Shown one piece after another: positions 12,134-26,218 of a DNA stretch of 64,000 bases. The notes beneath the pieces are model-generated. The model was not told where the DNA came from and did no database searches. It saw only the letters and a list, made by a program, of their open reading frames with translations. Each line of letters starts with the position of its first letter. Position 1 is the first letter of the stretch. A program made the position numbers and the translations under genes. Source of the DNA: the human T2T-CHM13v2.0 reference genome, Homo sapiens. The DNA lies in assembly GCF_009914755.1 (NCBI RefSeq), contig NC_060932.1; one strand, 5' to 3'.

Positions 12134-13179
12134 ACACTCTTGACCTTTCTAATTTAAAGGAAATGCTTGAAACCTTTTATTAAAAATTAATTTGCAATCA
12201 TATTCTTACAGTGTTTTATATTTTGAAACGTTCAATTAGTCCCTTTCTAAGGTGATATTTTGTTTCAATATCATCTTTGAAAGAGATTAAATGGAGGGGT
12301 TTTAGTTTAGAAAAAGCACCAAGATTCTTAGTATCATAACTTTCTTTGCAGAATCCAGTAAGATATTAATGAATCTAAAGATATATATTTTACTCCTATT
12401 TATCTTTGGTTTTTCAAATTATTTTTCTTATAGTTTTGCGTAAGGTGAGGGGTTTTACCTGGGTTAGTAAAAAATGATTTCCAGCAAACATTGAATGTGG
12501 TAAAATTCAACTGGGTCAAGAAGACTTAGCCATAACTTCCCTTCAAGCTAAATACATAATAAAATATGTGTAAATATGTGTAAAATCACCTGATTCATAA
12601 ATTCTGATTGCTGACAATACTGAAATACATTTATTAAATCCTTCTAGACTTTATTTTTTTAAAGCGAGATCATTATATAATTTAAATGGCTTATTTGTGA
12701 TATCTAACAAAATAGAAACTTAAATGGTTTGTGTGTTGCCTGTAGTATATTTCTATTATATAGAGGCCCATTAAATATATTTCAAAGACTACTTAATGTT
12801 ATTTATAAATGTTAATCTTTTTTCCATCCTTCATGATGCTAAATAAGGAAGTTTATAAAAATATTTTAAAACTTTGTCATTCCCCACTTATAGCGCAGTT
12901 GACTTCTTTAACTACTATTATTCTACATAGTTTGATCCTATGTTATCTTCTGCACTTTGCATTCTACTGAAATTACCTGAATGTGTAATTACTTATTTAA
13001 AAAATGTCGTAAAAATGGTTTTTTGAAAGTAACTAGTGGAAAAATTTTCTTTGTCACATTCGAAGTTGCTTTTGCAAATGTGTTTATAATTCACGTGTCT
13101 ACTAAAATCTTTTTAAATGGTTTAATTTTAACTTGATATTATACAAAATCATTATTCTTCTTGTAATCATCATCAACAT

Positions 13180-13425
13180 CATATCTCATCTCTAATGAGT
13201 ATTCATATACTAAGGAATGTGTCCACTCCTTTATTGCATGTTCACTTTTAATTTACAAAACAATTTTCTGTAAGTTAGGCACTGCTGTCATGCCGGTTAT
13301 CGGAGGAAAAAACTGAAGCCCGGGGACTAGGCAAATTGTTCACCATCAGAGTGTTTGTAAGTGGTGAGAGAGATCTGAGTCCAGCTATCTGATTCCATAG
13401 ACCCAGCTTTTAGCCACTGCATTAC
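13180..13425 (-). mobile_element. MIR SINE
   Basis: Degenerate MIR core (GGAGGAAAAAACTGAAGCCC...GTAAGTGG...GATCTGAGTCCAG...CTGATTCCA). Confidence 0.65.
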
Positions 13426-15655
13426 ACAGTCTGTTGAAATACCTGGTCCTTGCCAACATCAAATCCTCATTCAAATGTCTGTTGGCCAATCAAATTGTAG
13501 AAGCATCAGTCTGTGGCTCTGTTTGTTTTGCTATAAACTATCCTCATGTTAACCTTACTCTTCTTTTTCTTAGGAAAAAAAAAGTTTATTTAAAAGATTG
13601 TGACTGATATATAGTTGTGGTTTCTTTTCCATAAAAGAGGTCACAATAATTAATAAGCTGAAATTTGGGGCCATGAAATCTTCAGTATCAAGGAAGTTTA
13701 GCCTTGACATAGAAACCAAGACTGAAAGAGATGGAGAGGAGCTTGGAAGGGTGGCCAATCAGCCCATCAGTGTAGGAGGAATTGGCTGCAATCAGCAATT
13801 TTCTGTGACCATAAACAGACGTCCAGGATAAACTTATTCTTTGTTGTGAATGCCCATGGTATTCCTTCATAGCCTTAGAAACACAGTTCATTTCAGCAGT
13901 CATACCACTATATTATTTTAGTAGCATTTATTATTTCACTTGTATCAAATATTTCACTATTGAAATCCACTGGAAGATTCTATCACAGAGTGCCAAAAGC
14001 AAAGAATAAAGAAGGATAAATGATAATACCACCATAGGAGCCAAATCTGTAGAATTGTTTTAAAAATACTTGTAAACAGGACTAGAAGACATATTTAGTG
14101 AACACATCTAGGAAGTTATGCCAGCGTGTTAGGATGTGGGTGTAATGAGGTTTAACTCCCTCGATTCCATCACATCTGGTCTGCTATAGATAACTTGTTC
14201 ATTCACTCTTCCTATCCTATATTTTTAAGTTTTTATTTTACTGACTCCTTTACACCAGCATTTAAATAAGGTCAACACTATTTGATCCTAAAATCAACAA
14301 CAGCCAGAATTTTGAACTGTACAATTACTTCTAACTTCTATCTTAGATCTCCAACCCATTCATAGCAAATCTTTTGAGAAAGTTGTTTGCACTTATTTCA
14401 CCATTATTATTATTTTTTCAACCTCCCATTCATGTCTTTTCCCATTATAACCTAAATTTTCTCCAACACTGTACTGGTTTCTGCCATCACACACAGTGAT
14501 ATCGAATGCAGTGAGAAATGTTTCAGCAATTATATTTCTTGATGTTGAATTATGTTTTTCTCCTGCATTCATCCTTGTTAATCACTATTTTCTTTTAAAA
14601 GTATTATCTGGCATTGCTTTTCACGACATCACACTCTTACGGTTGTCATTCCTTCTCTCACTCTGAGCCTTAAACTGATTTACGTGTTTCTCACCTAGAT
14701 TATTGCAGCACACTGTCTTCTTAAGTACAGTAATAACTCTCTTTAAATATGACCAAGGTATCCTTTCCAAGTATAAATGTAAGTATGTATTTCTTATACA
14801 TAAAACATTTACTGTAAAGTCTGAATAAAAATATTGGATAACTTCTTTCTTGCTTGAGTAATTACATTGATTAAGAACCTTTAATTAATTTACTTTTAAA
14901 CATTTCTAAAATCTTAAGAAAATTATTTTCACTTCATTTAGATTCGGTTCCCTCATGTGCAAGGTGAGGAATTTAGATTACATTCGAGGTTTTGAAGTCT
15001 GGCTTCTCAAATTTAATGAATTAGGAAATGAAATTTAAGTTCAGTATTTCAAAAAGCCAAATAGATATTGCATATCTATTTCCCAGTAATTGGTTCAAAC
15101 TATAATATATGTTTTTATTTCTGTTTATATCATGTTAAACACAATAATATAACATGTTAAAAATGTTACATATGTTAAATATAATATCTGATTAAAATGT
15201 TCAGGTATCCAATGAATATTTTGAAACCTTATAATTTGTTATTACTTGTTAGGCTATTTTGATATACATACTGTTTTCAAAAGAAAAAGTCAAAGTCAGT
15301 GAAAAAAAGCAAAAAGCTGTGTGATAGTCAATAGTGAAAAATAAAATTATATCCGTTCTGTGAGCCTTTCTAGGTATAAATACTATAACTCTAAACTCCT
15401 AAATGAGTTAACATCATCAAAATTCAAGAAAATTAATAGAAGACTTTCATGTCACTCAAATGACAGCAAAAAAGTCCCCCTATGTTTCTTCATGTTTGTT
15501 GTTAATGGGCACTGCTTTGCTCACCATAAGTAACTATGACAGAGCTGGATATTTAGAGGAAGACATACATGGATGAAGATAAATTAAAATCAGATGTTTA
15601 TTTTAGTGATATGTTGACCGTCTGATAAAAATGATAAAATTAACTATTTCCTCTG

Positions 15656-16430
15656 TGTAGTAAAGAATTGGCTAGCCTTTGATGTCAGTTCCTGGGAGGG
15701 AACTTCTAAACCTTGAGATTTCAAGAGTGATAGGAGTACCTTTATACTCATGGAAGAATCCTGGACCACAGCTGACAGGTTATGCTAATAAGATGACCCA
15801 TGACTAGGACTGAGACTGGCTACTGCAGTGGTCCCAGGGTGGAGTCGGGCCACACCAGAAAGACCATTCATGTGACTGGAGGGTTGGACTTTGATCCCTG
15901 TAAGGCGACATCAGCCTGGATTCTGGGGAGGTGAAAGCACTGGAGTTTGAGTTCAACCACGTGGGCAGTGATCCAATCAGCCGCATCAACCCAGTAAGAC
16001 CCGATTACAAATGCTGGACACTGGAGCTCACCTGAGTGTCCTGGCCTGGTGTACTCCATGTGACCGTTGCCACGCAACAATGTCAGGAGGGTAATGCATG
16101 ACTGAGGAAACAGGAGATCCATGTTTAGAACCCTCCTAGTCTCAGGTTCTACCCTGTGGGTTTCTTCCTTTGACTGCTTATGATTTATATCTTCCTCCTG
16201 ATATAAAATTGTAAGTATAAGTATAGCACTTTCTGAAGTTCTGTGAGTCATTTTATTCAACTACCAAAAATGAAGACGTTTATGAAGATGTCAACATTTG
16301 CAGCCAACTGGCCTGAAGTGAAGGTGGGCCTGGAGACCCCTGAAATTGCAGCTGGGGTCAGAATCTTAGGTATATTTGGCAGTTCGGATGACTGTGAATT
16401 TTAAGTTCAAGATTGGCTAAATCCTGTTAG
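15656..16430 (+). mobile_element. MER21-family LTR
   Basis: TGTAGTAAAGAATTGGC...GCCTTTG...TTCCTGGGAGG...GTGATAGGAGT start and AAGTATAGCACTTTCTGAAGTTCTGTGAGTC segment, as recalled for MER21. Confidence 0.75.
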
Positions 16431-18387
16431 GGTCTTTGATCAAATATTAAGGTATTAACTCCTAGTGCATTCCTGATGACTCAAATGATAGAGCTGATAA
16501 AAGTAAGCACAGTAAAACTTGCATTTCTGAAAATAAGTATGACTGTAATTTTTAAGCACATTGAGTGTTACAGGAAAAGAGAAATATCTGGTTAATACAA
16601 CCCAAAATAGAAAGCTTAAGCTGGGTCAGCTTTTACAATCTTTTCTTTTATAAAAAACAAAATCAAAGCAGAAAATTTTATACTAATTTCAGTAGTGGTG
16701 AAAAGCTAATTTAATGAAATTTAATGATCTTTCAGGGTTAAAACAAACATTTTCCAAAAAATAGAAAAAAAATTTGTTGATAAGCTGCATCAATTAAATA
16801 CCTACCAGTAATATCAAATTTCTGGTTGAAATATTGAGCACTCTCTTCCCAAATCAAAAACATTATATTGATGTTTACTTTCCATATAATGTGTGGAACT
16901 TCTGCTAAACATTGAACTGGTCATCACAGCTGATGTAGTAAGGCAAGGAAAAAGTAAAAGGCATAAACCTGAGAAAAAGAAGAAAGCTGCAGAAGATATG
17001 ATTTGGTAGTTGCAAAATCCATAGGAACAGTCAAATTCCCAGTGGAAATTACTATATGTAAATGTGATACAATCACAATATGAAAACATTGTATGTCTAT
17101 ACTCTAGTGACAATTAGAAAATGAAATTTTAAAATACATCTTACAATGAATCAGAAATACCAAATACCAAATTTGACAAAACTTGTTTACAATCTATACA
17201 TTGGAAATGAAATAAGTAATTGCTAAGAATTTTTTAAAACACCTAAATAAATGGTTTTGTCATGTTTGTAAATTGTAGGACTGAATATTGTACAGATATC
17301 AATTATCTACAAATAATTGTATGAAGCTTCGGGAAGCCAAAACAAAATTCCAAAAAAATTCATAAAAAGTACAAAGGTGATACTGTACTGTATAAGAAAA
17401 TGCAAAGAGCTGGAACAGTCAAGACATTCTTAAAGAATAAATTTGAAAGATCACTAATTTCAAAAATTAAAATAAAGCAACAGTAATCATGACAGTGTTA
17501 CATTAGTATCAAGATAGACAAGAAGATCAATGGAAGGCAATAGGACCAATATAGATCGACACATATAAAGTCCATCGATTTTCAACAAATGCATTCATGC
17601 AGTTGCAGGAGGAAAGGAAATCATTTCAGCAGACAGTGCAAGAAGAGCTAGAAATTCATACGGGAAGAAATTAACCCTGACCCTAACCTCATAGCTGTAT
17701 AAGAATTTATTCAAGATGAGTCATAGGACTTAAATACAGGACTTACAGAAAATATTATGTGAGAATACCTTTGATATTCTTCAGAGTTAGCAAATATGTA
17801 AGACACAAAGAGTACTAATCATGGAAGAAAAGATGACAAACTGGATTTCTTCAAAATGAAAAGAGCACCTTTTCCTTATCAAATAATATCACTAAGAGAA
17901 TAACAAGGCAAATTATTACCTGGGAGGAAATATTGTCAATAGCTATACCTAAACAAGAATATACATATAAATCCAGCAGACTGATAGTAAAAGGACACAC
18001 ACTCCATTAAAACTTGACAAACCTTTGAGCAGACATAGTAAAGGTGCTCAACATTATTGTTCATCAAAGAAATAAAAAGTAAAACAAAAATGCAATTATT
18101 CATAGCTAAAAATGGCCAAATGAAAAAGATTGACATAGACAATGTCAATTGTCTATGTCAAAGTGTTGGTGAGGATAAAGAGCAACCAGAAACCCTCCTC
18201 AATTGTTCATGCAAATGTAAGCTCTTGTAAATCCTTTGGAAAACCCTGGAAGATTTTAAATTTCCCTCTAATCCAATAATTCTACTCTGAGTTCTTCACC
18301 CAAGAAAAATAAGAGCATTTGTGCACAAGCCTACAAAAAGACTTGTGGCTTGTGCACACACGTCCACAGAACTTTTTTCATTGTATC

Positions 18388-18692
<305 letters not shown>

Positions 18693-18736
18693 ACTTTATC
18701 ATTGTATCTTATACTGAAAACAGTCCATATATTCAT

Positions 18737-21035
18737 TGTATTAGTTCATTCTCATGCAGTTATGAAGAAATACCCAAGACTGGGTAATTTATAAAGAAAA
18801 AAGATTTAATTGATTCACAGTTCTACATGGCTGGGGAGGCCTCAGGAAAGCTTACAATCATGGCAGAAGGCACTTCTTCACAGGTGGCAGGAGAGAGAAT
18901 GACTGCCCAGTGAAGGAGAAAGCCCCTATAAAACCATCAGATCTCATGAAAAGTAACTCACTATTACGAGAATAGGATGGGGGAAACTATCCCTGTGATT
19001 CATTTATGTCCACCTCATCCCTCCCACAACATGGGATTATAGGAACTACAATGCAATATGAGATTTGGGCAGGGACACGGTCAAACCATATCGTTCTACC
19101 CTGACTCCTTCCAAATCTCAGGTCCTTACAGTTTAAAACACAATTATGTCCTGCCAACAGTTCCCCAAAATCTTAACTCATTCCAGCATTAACTCAAAAT
19201 CCAAGTCCAAAGTCTCATCTCGGGGGGACAAGGAAAGTTCCTTCCACTTATAAGCCTGCAAAATCAAAAGCAAGTTGGTTGCTTCCTAGATACAATGGGG
19301 TACAGGCATTGGATAAAAATACCCATTCCAAGTAAGAGAAATTGTCTAGGACAAAGGGGCTGCTGGACCTATTGCAAGTCCAAAACCTAATAGGGCAGTC
19401 ATTAAATCTGAAAGCTCAAAAATGATCTTTGACTTCATGTCTCACATCCAGGTTATGTTGATGCAAAACGTAGGCTCACATGGTGGTGGGCAGCTCGGCC
19501 CCTATGGCTTTGCATGGTACAGCCCCACTCTCAGCTACTTGTACAAGCTGACATTGAGTGTATGTGGCTTTACCAGGAACAAGGTGCAAGATGTTGGTGG
19601 ATCTACCATTCTGGGATTTGGAGGACAGTGACTCTCTTTTCACAGTTCCACTAGTGGGCAGTCCCCAGTGGGTACTCTGTGTTGGGGCTCCAACCCCACA
19701 TTTTCCTTCCATGCTCCACTAGCAGAGATTCTCCATTAGGGCTCTGCCCTTGCAAAAGACTTCTGCCTGGACATCCAGATATTTCCATACATCCTGTGAA
19801 ATCTAGGTGGAGATTCCCAAACCTCAATTTTTGACTTTTGTACACCCACAGGCCCAATACCACAGGTAAGTGACCAAGGCCTGGGGCTTACACCCTCTGA
19901 AGCAATGACCTGAGCTCTGTATTGGCCCTTTTGAGCCACATCTGGGACGCAGGGTACCATGTCCCAAGGCTGCATAGAGCAGGGAAGCCTGGGTCCAGCC
20001 TGCACGACCAGTTTTTCCTCCTAGGCCTCTGGGCCTGTGATGCGAGGATCTGCCTTGAAGGAGAGATTTTCTCCATTGCCTTGGCGATTACCATTTGGCT
20101 TTTGTTACTTATGCAACTTTCTGCAGCCAGGTTGAATTTCTCCTTTATTGTTTTTTATCACATCTCAGGTGGCAAGTTTTCTAAACTTTTATGCTTTGTT
20201 TCCCTTTTGAATGTAAGTTTTAATTATAAACCATGTCTTTGTGAATATATAAAACTGAATGCTTTTAACAGCACTCAAGTTACATCATGAATGCTTTGCC
20301 GCTTAGAAATTTCTTCCACCTGATACCCTAAATCATTTCTCTCAAGTTTAAAGTTCCACAGTTTTGTAGGTCAGGGGCAAAATGCCACCAGTCTCTGCTG
20401 AAACATGGCAACAGTTATCTTTATTCCAATTCCCAACAATTTCCTCATCTCCATCCTAGACCACCTCAGCCTGGACTTCATTGTCCATATCACTATCAGC
20501 ATTAAATGGTCAAAGCCATTGAAGAAATCTGTAGGAAGTTTCAGACTTTTCCACATTTTCCTGTTTTCTTTTGAGTCCTCTAAACTGATCCAACCTCTTC
20601 CTGTTACTCAGTTCTAAAGTCACTTCCACATTTTCAGGTATCTTTATAGCAGTGCCCCACTCCCAGGACCAATTTACTGCCTTAGTCCATTCTCATGCTG
20701 CTATGAAGAAATGCCCCCAACTGGGTAATTTATAAAGGAAAAAGGTTTAATTGACTCACAGTTCTGCATGGCTGGGCAGGCCTCAAGAAACTTACTATCA
20801 TGGCAAAGGCCCCTCTTACACAGGGTGGCAGGAGAGAGAATGAGTGCCCAGTGAAGGAAAAAGTACGTTATAAAACCATCAGATCTCATGAAAACTAACT
20901 CACTATTGTAAGAACCAGATGGGGGAAACCACCCCTGTGATTTAATTATCTCCACCTGGTTCCTTCCACATGTGGGGATTATGGGAACTACAATTCAAGG
21001 TAAGATTTGGGTGGGGACACAGCCAAACTATATCA
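18737..21035 (-). mobile_element. Complete THE1 (THE1C-like) MaLR element: LTR 18737-19093, internal 19094-20677, LTR 20678-21035
   Basis: Two ~357-bp direct-repeat LTRs flanking a ~1.6-kb THE1 internal region; 5-bp flanks TTCAT and CCCAT. Confidence 0.93.
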
Positions 21036-21763
21036 CCCATCAACAGGAGAATAACCCAAGTTTCTACATTTATACTATTTAGCAAAAGAAAAGCAATAAG
21101 TTTATAAGACATGAAAACACATAGATAAACTGCAAATAACTTTTGTTGGATAAAACAAAACATAGATGAAACTAATCTGTATTAACAAATCAAATAGAGT
21201 TGCTTATGCACTGGTAGTATTGACTAGAAAAAGAAATTAGAAAATATTTAGAAGTGGTAGAAATGGACTATATCTTGACACATGTTTTGTCACCTGAGTG
21301 AAAATGTTTATTAAAATTCATCTAAATGTCCACTTAATAATTAGGAATTTTACTGACATCACAATAAAATATTTTTAAAGTACTTTGAAACTAAATTCAT
21401 AAATTATTTACATATGTGAATAACCATCTGAGTTAGTAAAATGTATCATTTATCTAACTTAAGAAAAACTGTACAGCATATGTCTTGGTTTATGTATTTC
21501 CATTTTCAGCTCAGTGTTTCTAAATTAAATATTTTAAGGTAATTTTTTTACAACAAAAATACCTAGAAATAACCAAGGAGTTGAGAGAGCTATACAAGGA
21601 AAATTACAAAACACTGCTGAAAGAAATCATTTTTGACACAACAAATGGAAATACATCCCAGGCTCATGGGTAAGAAGAATCAGTATTGTGAAAATAACCA
21701 TCTGTATGGCCTAAAACAATGTACGAATTCAATGCAATTCCTATCAAAATATCAATATAATTT

Positions 21764-21800
21764 CTTTTTGAGATGGAGTCTCACTTTGTCATGCAGTCTG
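21764..21800 (-). mobile_element. Extremely 5'-truncated Alu (~35 bp) with TSD
   Basis: TTTTTGAGATGGAGTCTCACTTTGTC is an antisense Alu 3' end; flanked by ATCAATATAATTT and ATCAATGCAATTT. Confidence 0.7.
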
Positions 21801-22384
21801 ATCAATGCAATTTTTTACAAAATTAGAAAAATTCCTAAAATTCAAATAGAACCAAAAAAGAGCCCAAAGAGCCAAAGCAATCCTAAGCAAAATGAAAAAC
21901 AAAAAAAAAAGTTGGAGGCATCAAATTACCCAACTTCAAATTATACTACAAGGCTATACTAACCAAAACACTATGGCACTGGTATAAAAGTAAATACCTA
22001 GACCAATGGAGCAGAATAGAGAACCCAGAAATAAAGCCAAATATTTACAACCAACTGATCTTTGACACAGCAGACAAAAACATACACTGGGGAAATGACA
22101 CCCTCAAGATACGGTGCTGGGAAAATTGAAGAGCCACAAGGGGAAGAATGAACTATATTCGTGACTCTCACCATATATAAAAATTATCTCAATGTGGATG
22201 AAAATGTTAAATTTAAGACCTGAAGCCATAAAAATTCTCAAAAAAATTCCTAGGAAAAACTTTTCTGGACATTGGCCTAGGCAAATAATTTGACTGAGAA
22301 CCCCAAAGCAAATTCAACAAAAACATAAATAAATGGGACCTAATTAAACTAAACATGTCTGCACAGCCAAAGATTTAATTATCA

Positions 22385-24463
22385 ACGAATGGAGCAATGG
22401 CGACCTTTGTGAGTGAGCTGGAGGTGGCCAAGAAGAACTTCAGTGAGGCCCTGGGGGACAACGTGAATCAATACTGGGCTAACTTAAGCTGTGGTTCAAG
22501 CGGAAGATCAGGAAAGAGGACTTTGACCTTGAAACTCATAGGTTTCTTACATAGGATAATATGCATCCTCACAATGATTTCCTCCTGGCCATTCTCACGC
22601 ATTGTCAGATTTTGGTTTCTACATCAGAGGGTGCTGGATCTTTGCCCTGGATGGGGGGTTCTGCAGCAAAACCTGGAAAGCCCAATGGAAAGAAAAAGCT
22701 TTCTTCTGTCAGAAATTTGATCATAGATTTCAGCCTCACAGTCCTTTCTCAAGAGCCCAGTAATTTGTGGCAAAAGATCCCCAAGATGATGATGATTTGA
22801 AACTTTGTTCCCACACCATGATGCTTCTCATTCAAGGCTGGCTTGAAGGGAGAATGACAGTGACTGCTTATGAGCATGGGCTGGACAATGTCACCGAGGA
22901 GGCTATTTCAGCTCTTGTCTATGCTGTGGAGAATCATCCTAAAGATATACTGTCATCATTTGTGTCAAGAAGGAAAGCTTATCGGTTACGAGATGACCAT
23001 TTTAAATATGCCTTTGGCAGTAATTTGACCCCACAGCCATACCTGAAGAATAATGTAGTAGCTTAGAACAACTTAATATAAAGCCCTCAAGCTTTTACTG
23101 CTCCCTGTGCTGGTCAGAATCCGGCTTCTCACCCACCTCCTGATGAAGCCGAGCAGCAGGCTGCATTCCTGCTGGCATGCTCTGGAGACACTCTATCTGC
23201 ATCTTTATCTCCAGCGAACATGTATGAACTTTTTGAAGCTCTGCGGGTACACAGGGAAGTCATACCTACACATACTGTCTATGCCGTTAACATTGAAAGG
23301 ATTATCATGAAAGTCTGGCATCCAAATCATGAAGAGCTGAAGACAAAGTTCACCACCAGTGCTTGGCAACCAAGGAGGGGCTTTTGCTGTGCTAAATGAG
23401 GATTTGAAGGTGCGGGACTCTCATCAAATTCATTGATTACTGAAAATTGAATTTTGGGGGGGGGGTCTACATTTCAAGGCTGAAGTGTATGGTATATATA
23501 TAACCGTTCATATGGAAATGAGACAATGAGTACCTTTTGTGTTGCTCTTGTGAAGCCACTAATATAAATCTTTGGTAATGACCCATATCTCTATATGTAT
23601 GTGTTCCTAGTTGTGGGAGCAGGCACTAATGAAATCCTGTGCCTGGAATGGAGATATTTCGGTACCTGAGGCTTAGTATCTTGTGGTCTGCATGTAAGAT
23701 AGATGACATCCTAGAACAAAGAAGCTGTTACAACTTAGTCCCCCTGATCAGCAGGGCATCTCTGTATTCAGTGATGTGTGGTACATTCTGTATCTAGAAG
23801 TCTAAAATTTCTGCCTTTCTCTTAAAGGATGTGCTCTTGCATTTTGCTTTAAATAACCTACACAGTTTTAAAAACCAGATACCTCCATTATTGATCAGTT
23901 TAATTTTTAATAGCTATACGTAACCCCTGAAAAATTTATCATATAACTCCATGTGAAATATGACTTGGAAGTGCTCTGTGTTACTAAACAAAATAAAGTC
24001 CCTCTGCATTTAAAACCAAAATCAAAACAAAACTCTTGGAATGCAATTAATTAACTCTATGTCTTCCCATGACTCAAGTTTTGTTAGAGTTAGTATGCCC
24101 AAAGAATTTGATTGGCAGTCTCTTTGGTTAATTATTCATATAGAATATATTTTAAGAAATGTATACAAACTTGATATATGCTTGGTAATTCCCCTGTTTC
24201 TAGGAGGTACCTATTTCTACCCTTTCAAGTGATAAAGTGGAAATAATTTACATTCGACAGTTTCACTGATAACAAACCTAGGTTTTTTTTAAGAGATATG
24301 TTGCTTTTTACTTAAGGGATAGCGCTGATGATAAATTAGTATATATACATATAGGTTTGCATAGGTCTAAATAATGGCTTTATAGATGTGTATATATGGT
24401 TCACATATCTGGTTCTGTGTATTTGATTTTGTACTTTAAATGTGACAAACCTTTTGGGAGAAA
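22385..24463 (+). pseudogene. TADA1: Processed pseudogene of TADA1 (SAGA transcriptional adaptor 1); CDS remnant 22397-23395 plus ~1.07 kb 3'UTR
   Basis: Translation matches TADA1 ([27 protein letters not shown]...[14 protein letters not shown]...[13 protein letters not shown]...KEGLLLC*); intronless, frameshifts and stops; perfect 16-bp TSD AAAGATTTAATTATCA at 22369-22384 and 24464-24479. Confidence 0.96.
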
Positions 24464-26218
24464 AAAGATTTAATTATCAGTAAATAGGCAACCTACAGAA
24501 TGGGAGAAAATATTTGCAAATTATGCACCTAATAAAGGACTGATATCAAGAATCTACAAGGAATTCAAACAAACCAGCAAGGAAGAAAAAAATAATCCCA
24601 TCAAAAATTGAGCAAGTGATATGAACAGACATTTCTCAAAAGAAGATATACAAATAGCCAACAAACACATTTTTAAGAATGCTCAATATTACTACTCCTG
24701 AGTAAAATGCAATTGAAACTACTATGAGATACCATCTTACCTCAGCCAGAATGGGTAAGGGTACTTTTTATTAAAAAGAAAAAAGTAGATATTAGCATGG
24801 ATATAGTAAAAAAAAAAAAAAAAAAAAAAAAACACTTATGCACTGTTGGTGGGAATGTAAATTAGTACAACTTCTATTGAAAACAGTATGGAGATTTCTC
24901 AAGTAAGAATAGATTTACCATTCAATCCAGAGATCCCACTGCTGGCTATCTACCCAAAGGAAAATAAGTCATTATATGGAAAAGAAACTTTTATGTGTAT
25001 GTAAATTAGATATATGCTTGGTAATCCCTCTACTGCAGCACAGTTTACAACTTAAAAGATATGGAACCAACCTAAATTCCTATCAACCAATGAGTGAATA
25101 AAGAAAAGGTGGTATATATCCATATAAATATACTATGGAATACAACTAAGCCATAAGAAAAGAACAAAAGTGTCTTTTGCACAATTTGGATGGAGCTGGA
25201 GGCTTTTATTCTAAGTGAAGTAACTCAGGAATTGAAAACCAAACATTACATGTTCTCACTTACAGGTGGAAATTAAACTGTGGGTATGCTAAGGCATACA
25301 GAGTGGTATCATGGGCACTGGAGGCTCATGAAGGAGGCTGGGCAGGAGAAGGTGAGGGATGGAAAACTATTGAGTACAAGGTACGGTATTTAGGTGATAG
25401 GTGCACTAAAATCCCAGACTTCACGGCTACACAATTCATCCATGCAACCAAAAGCCACTTGTATCCCTAAAGCTATTGAAATAAAAATTAAAATAAAAAG
25501 AATTGAAGCTAACTCTCTTAGTAATTAGTAATGTTAATACCAATTATTCATGTGTAAATGTACATCGTAAAAGGCGAAAACATAAAAATATGTATTTATA
25601 TTATTAAGAACTGCAACACAGTTACATTTCCATTTTTAACTGCAGGCTTGACTTTGCAATCCTCCTTTTGCCTACACACCAAGCAACCACTAATGTATTG
25701 AACTAAGTGCATTGCCTGAAGAAGGTTAGCTCTTCTTGCCCAGTGACAGAAATTAACACAAGTTTATCAACAGTAAATGGTAGCCAATAAGAAAACCTGA
25801 CCAACTGTGCTGAATTCTTGTCAGAGGGAATGCTAAGCATCCTTACCTCTTTAAGTTATATGTTGTATCAGTGCCTGCTTATTAATCCTCTGAAGTCACT
25901 TACCAGCTCACACATATCTTTCTTTCTTGAGAAAAACAGAAGTTAAATTGATCTGTATAAGACTGTCTATACCAGATATGGATGAAGGCTACCAGTTCAA
26001 TAAAAGAATGGTTAGCTATGGGGCAGATGAAAACTTTGCACAGCCTATGTTCAACTCCCCTTCTAAAGTTGCCTCAAGGAGCCATTCGATCCACTTCAGC
26101 ACACATATATACAGTACCTGCTGACTAAAGAGTACATTTTAATTTCAGTGAACTGAGAAACAAATAAGAAAGTCGTAAATTTTGAACTAAATACAATACA
26201 GATGTTGGAATTGTAAAG

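Larger units (their letters stand above)
21545..25500 (+). mobile_element. L1PB-type 5'-truncated LINE-1, interrupted by a mini-Alu and the TADA1 retrocopy
   Basis: ORF2 3' part and an L1PB-like 3'UTR ending CCCTAAAGCTATTGAAATAAAAATTAAAA; sequence is colinear across the 22385-24463 insertion. Confidence 0.85.

Noticed and set aside
22397-23395. Functional TADA1 retrogene
   Set aside because: An early frameshift after about codon 30, further frameshifts and in-frame stops split the CDS over several ORFs.
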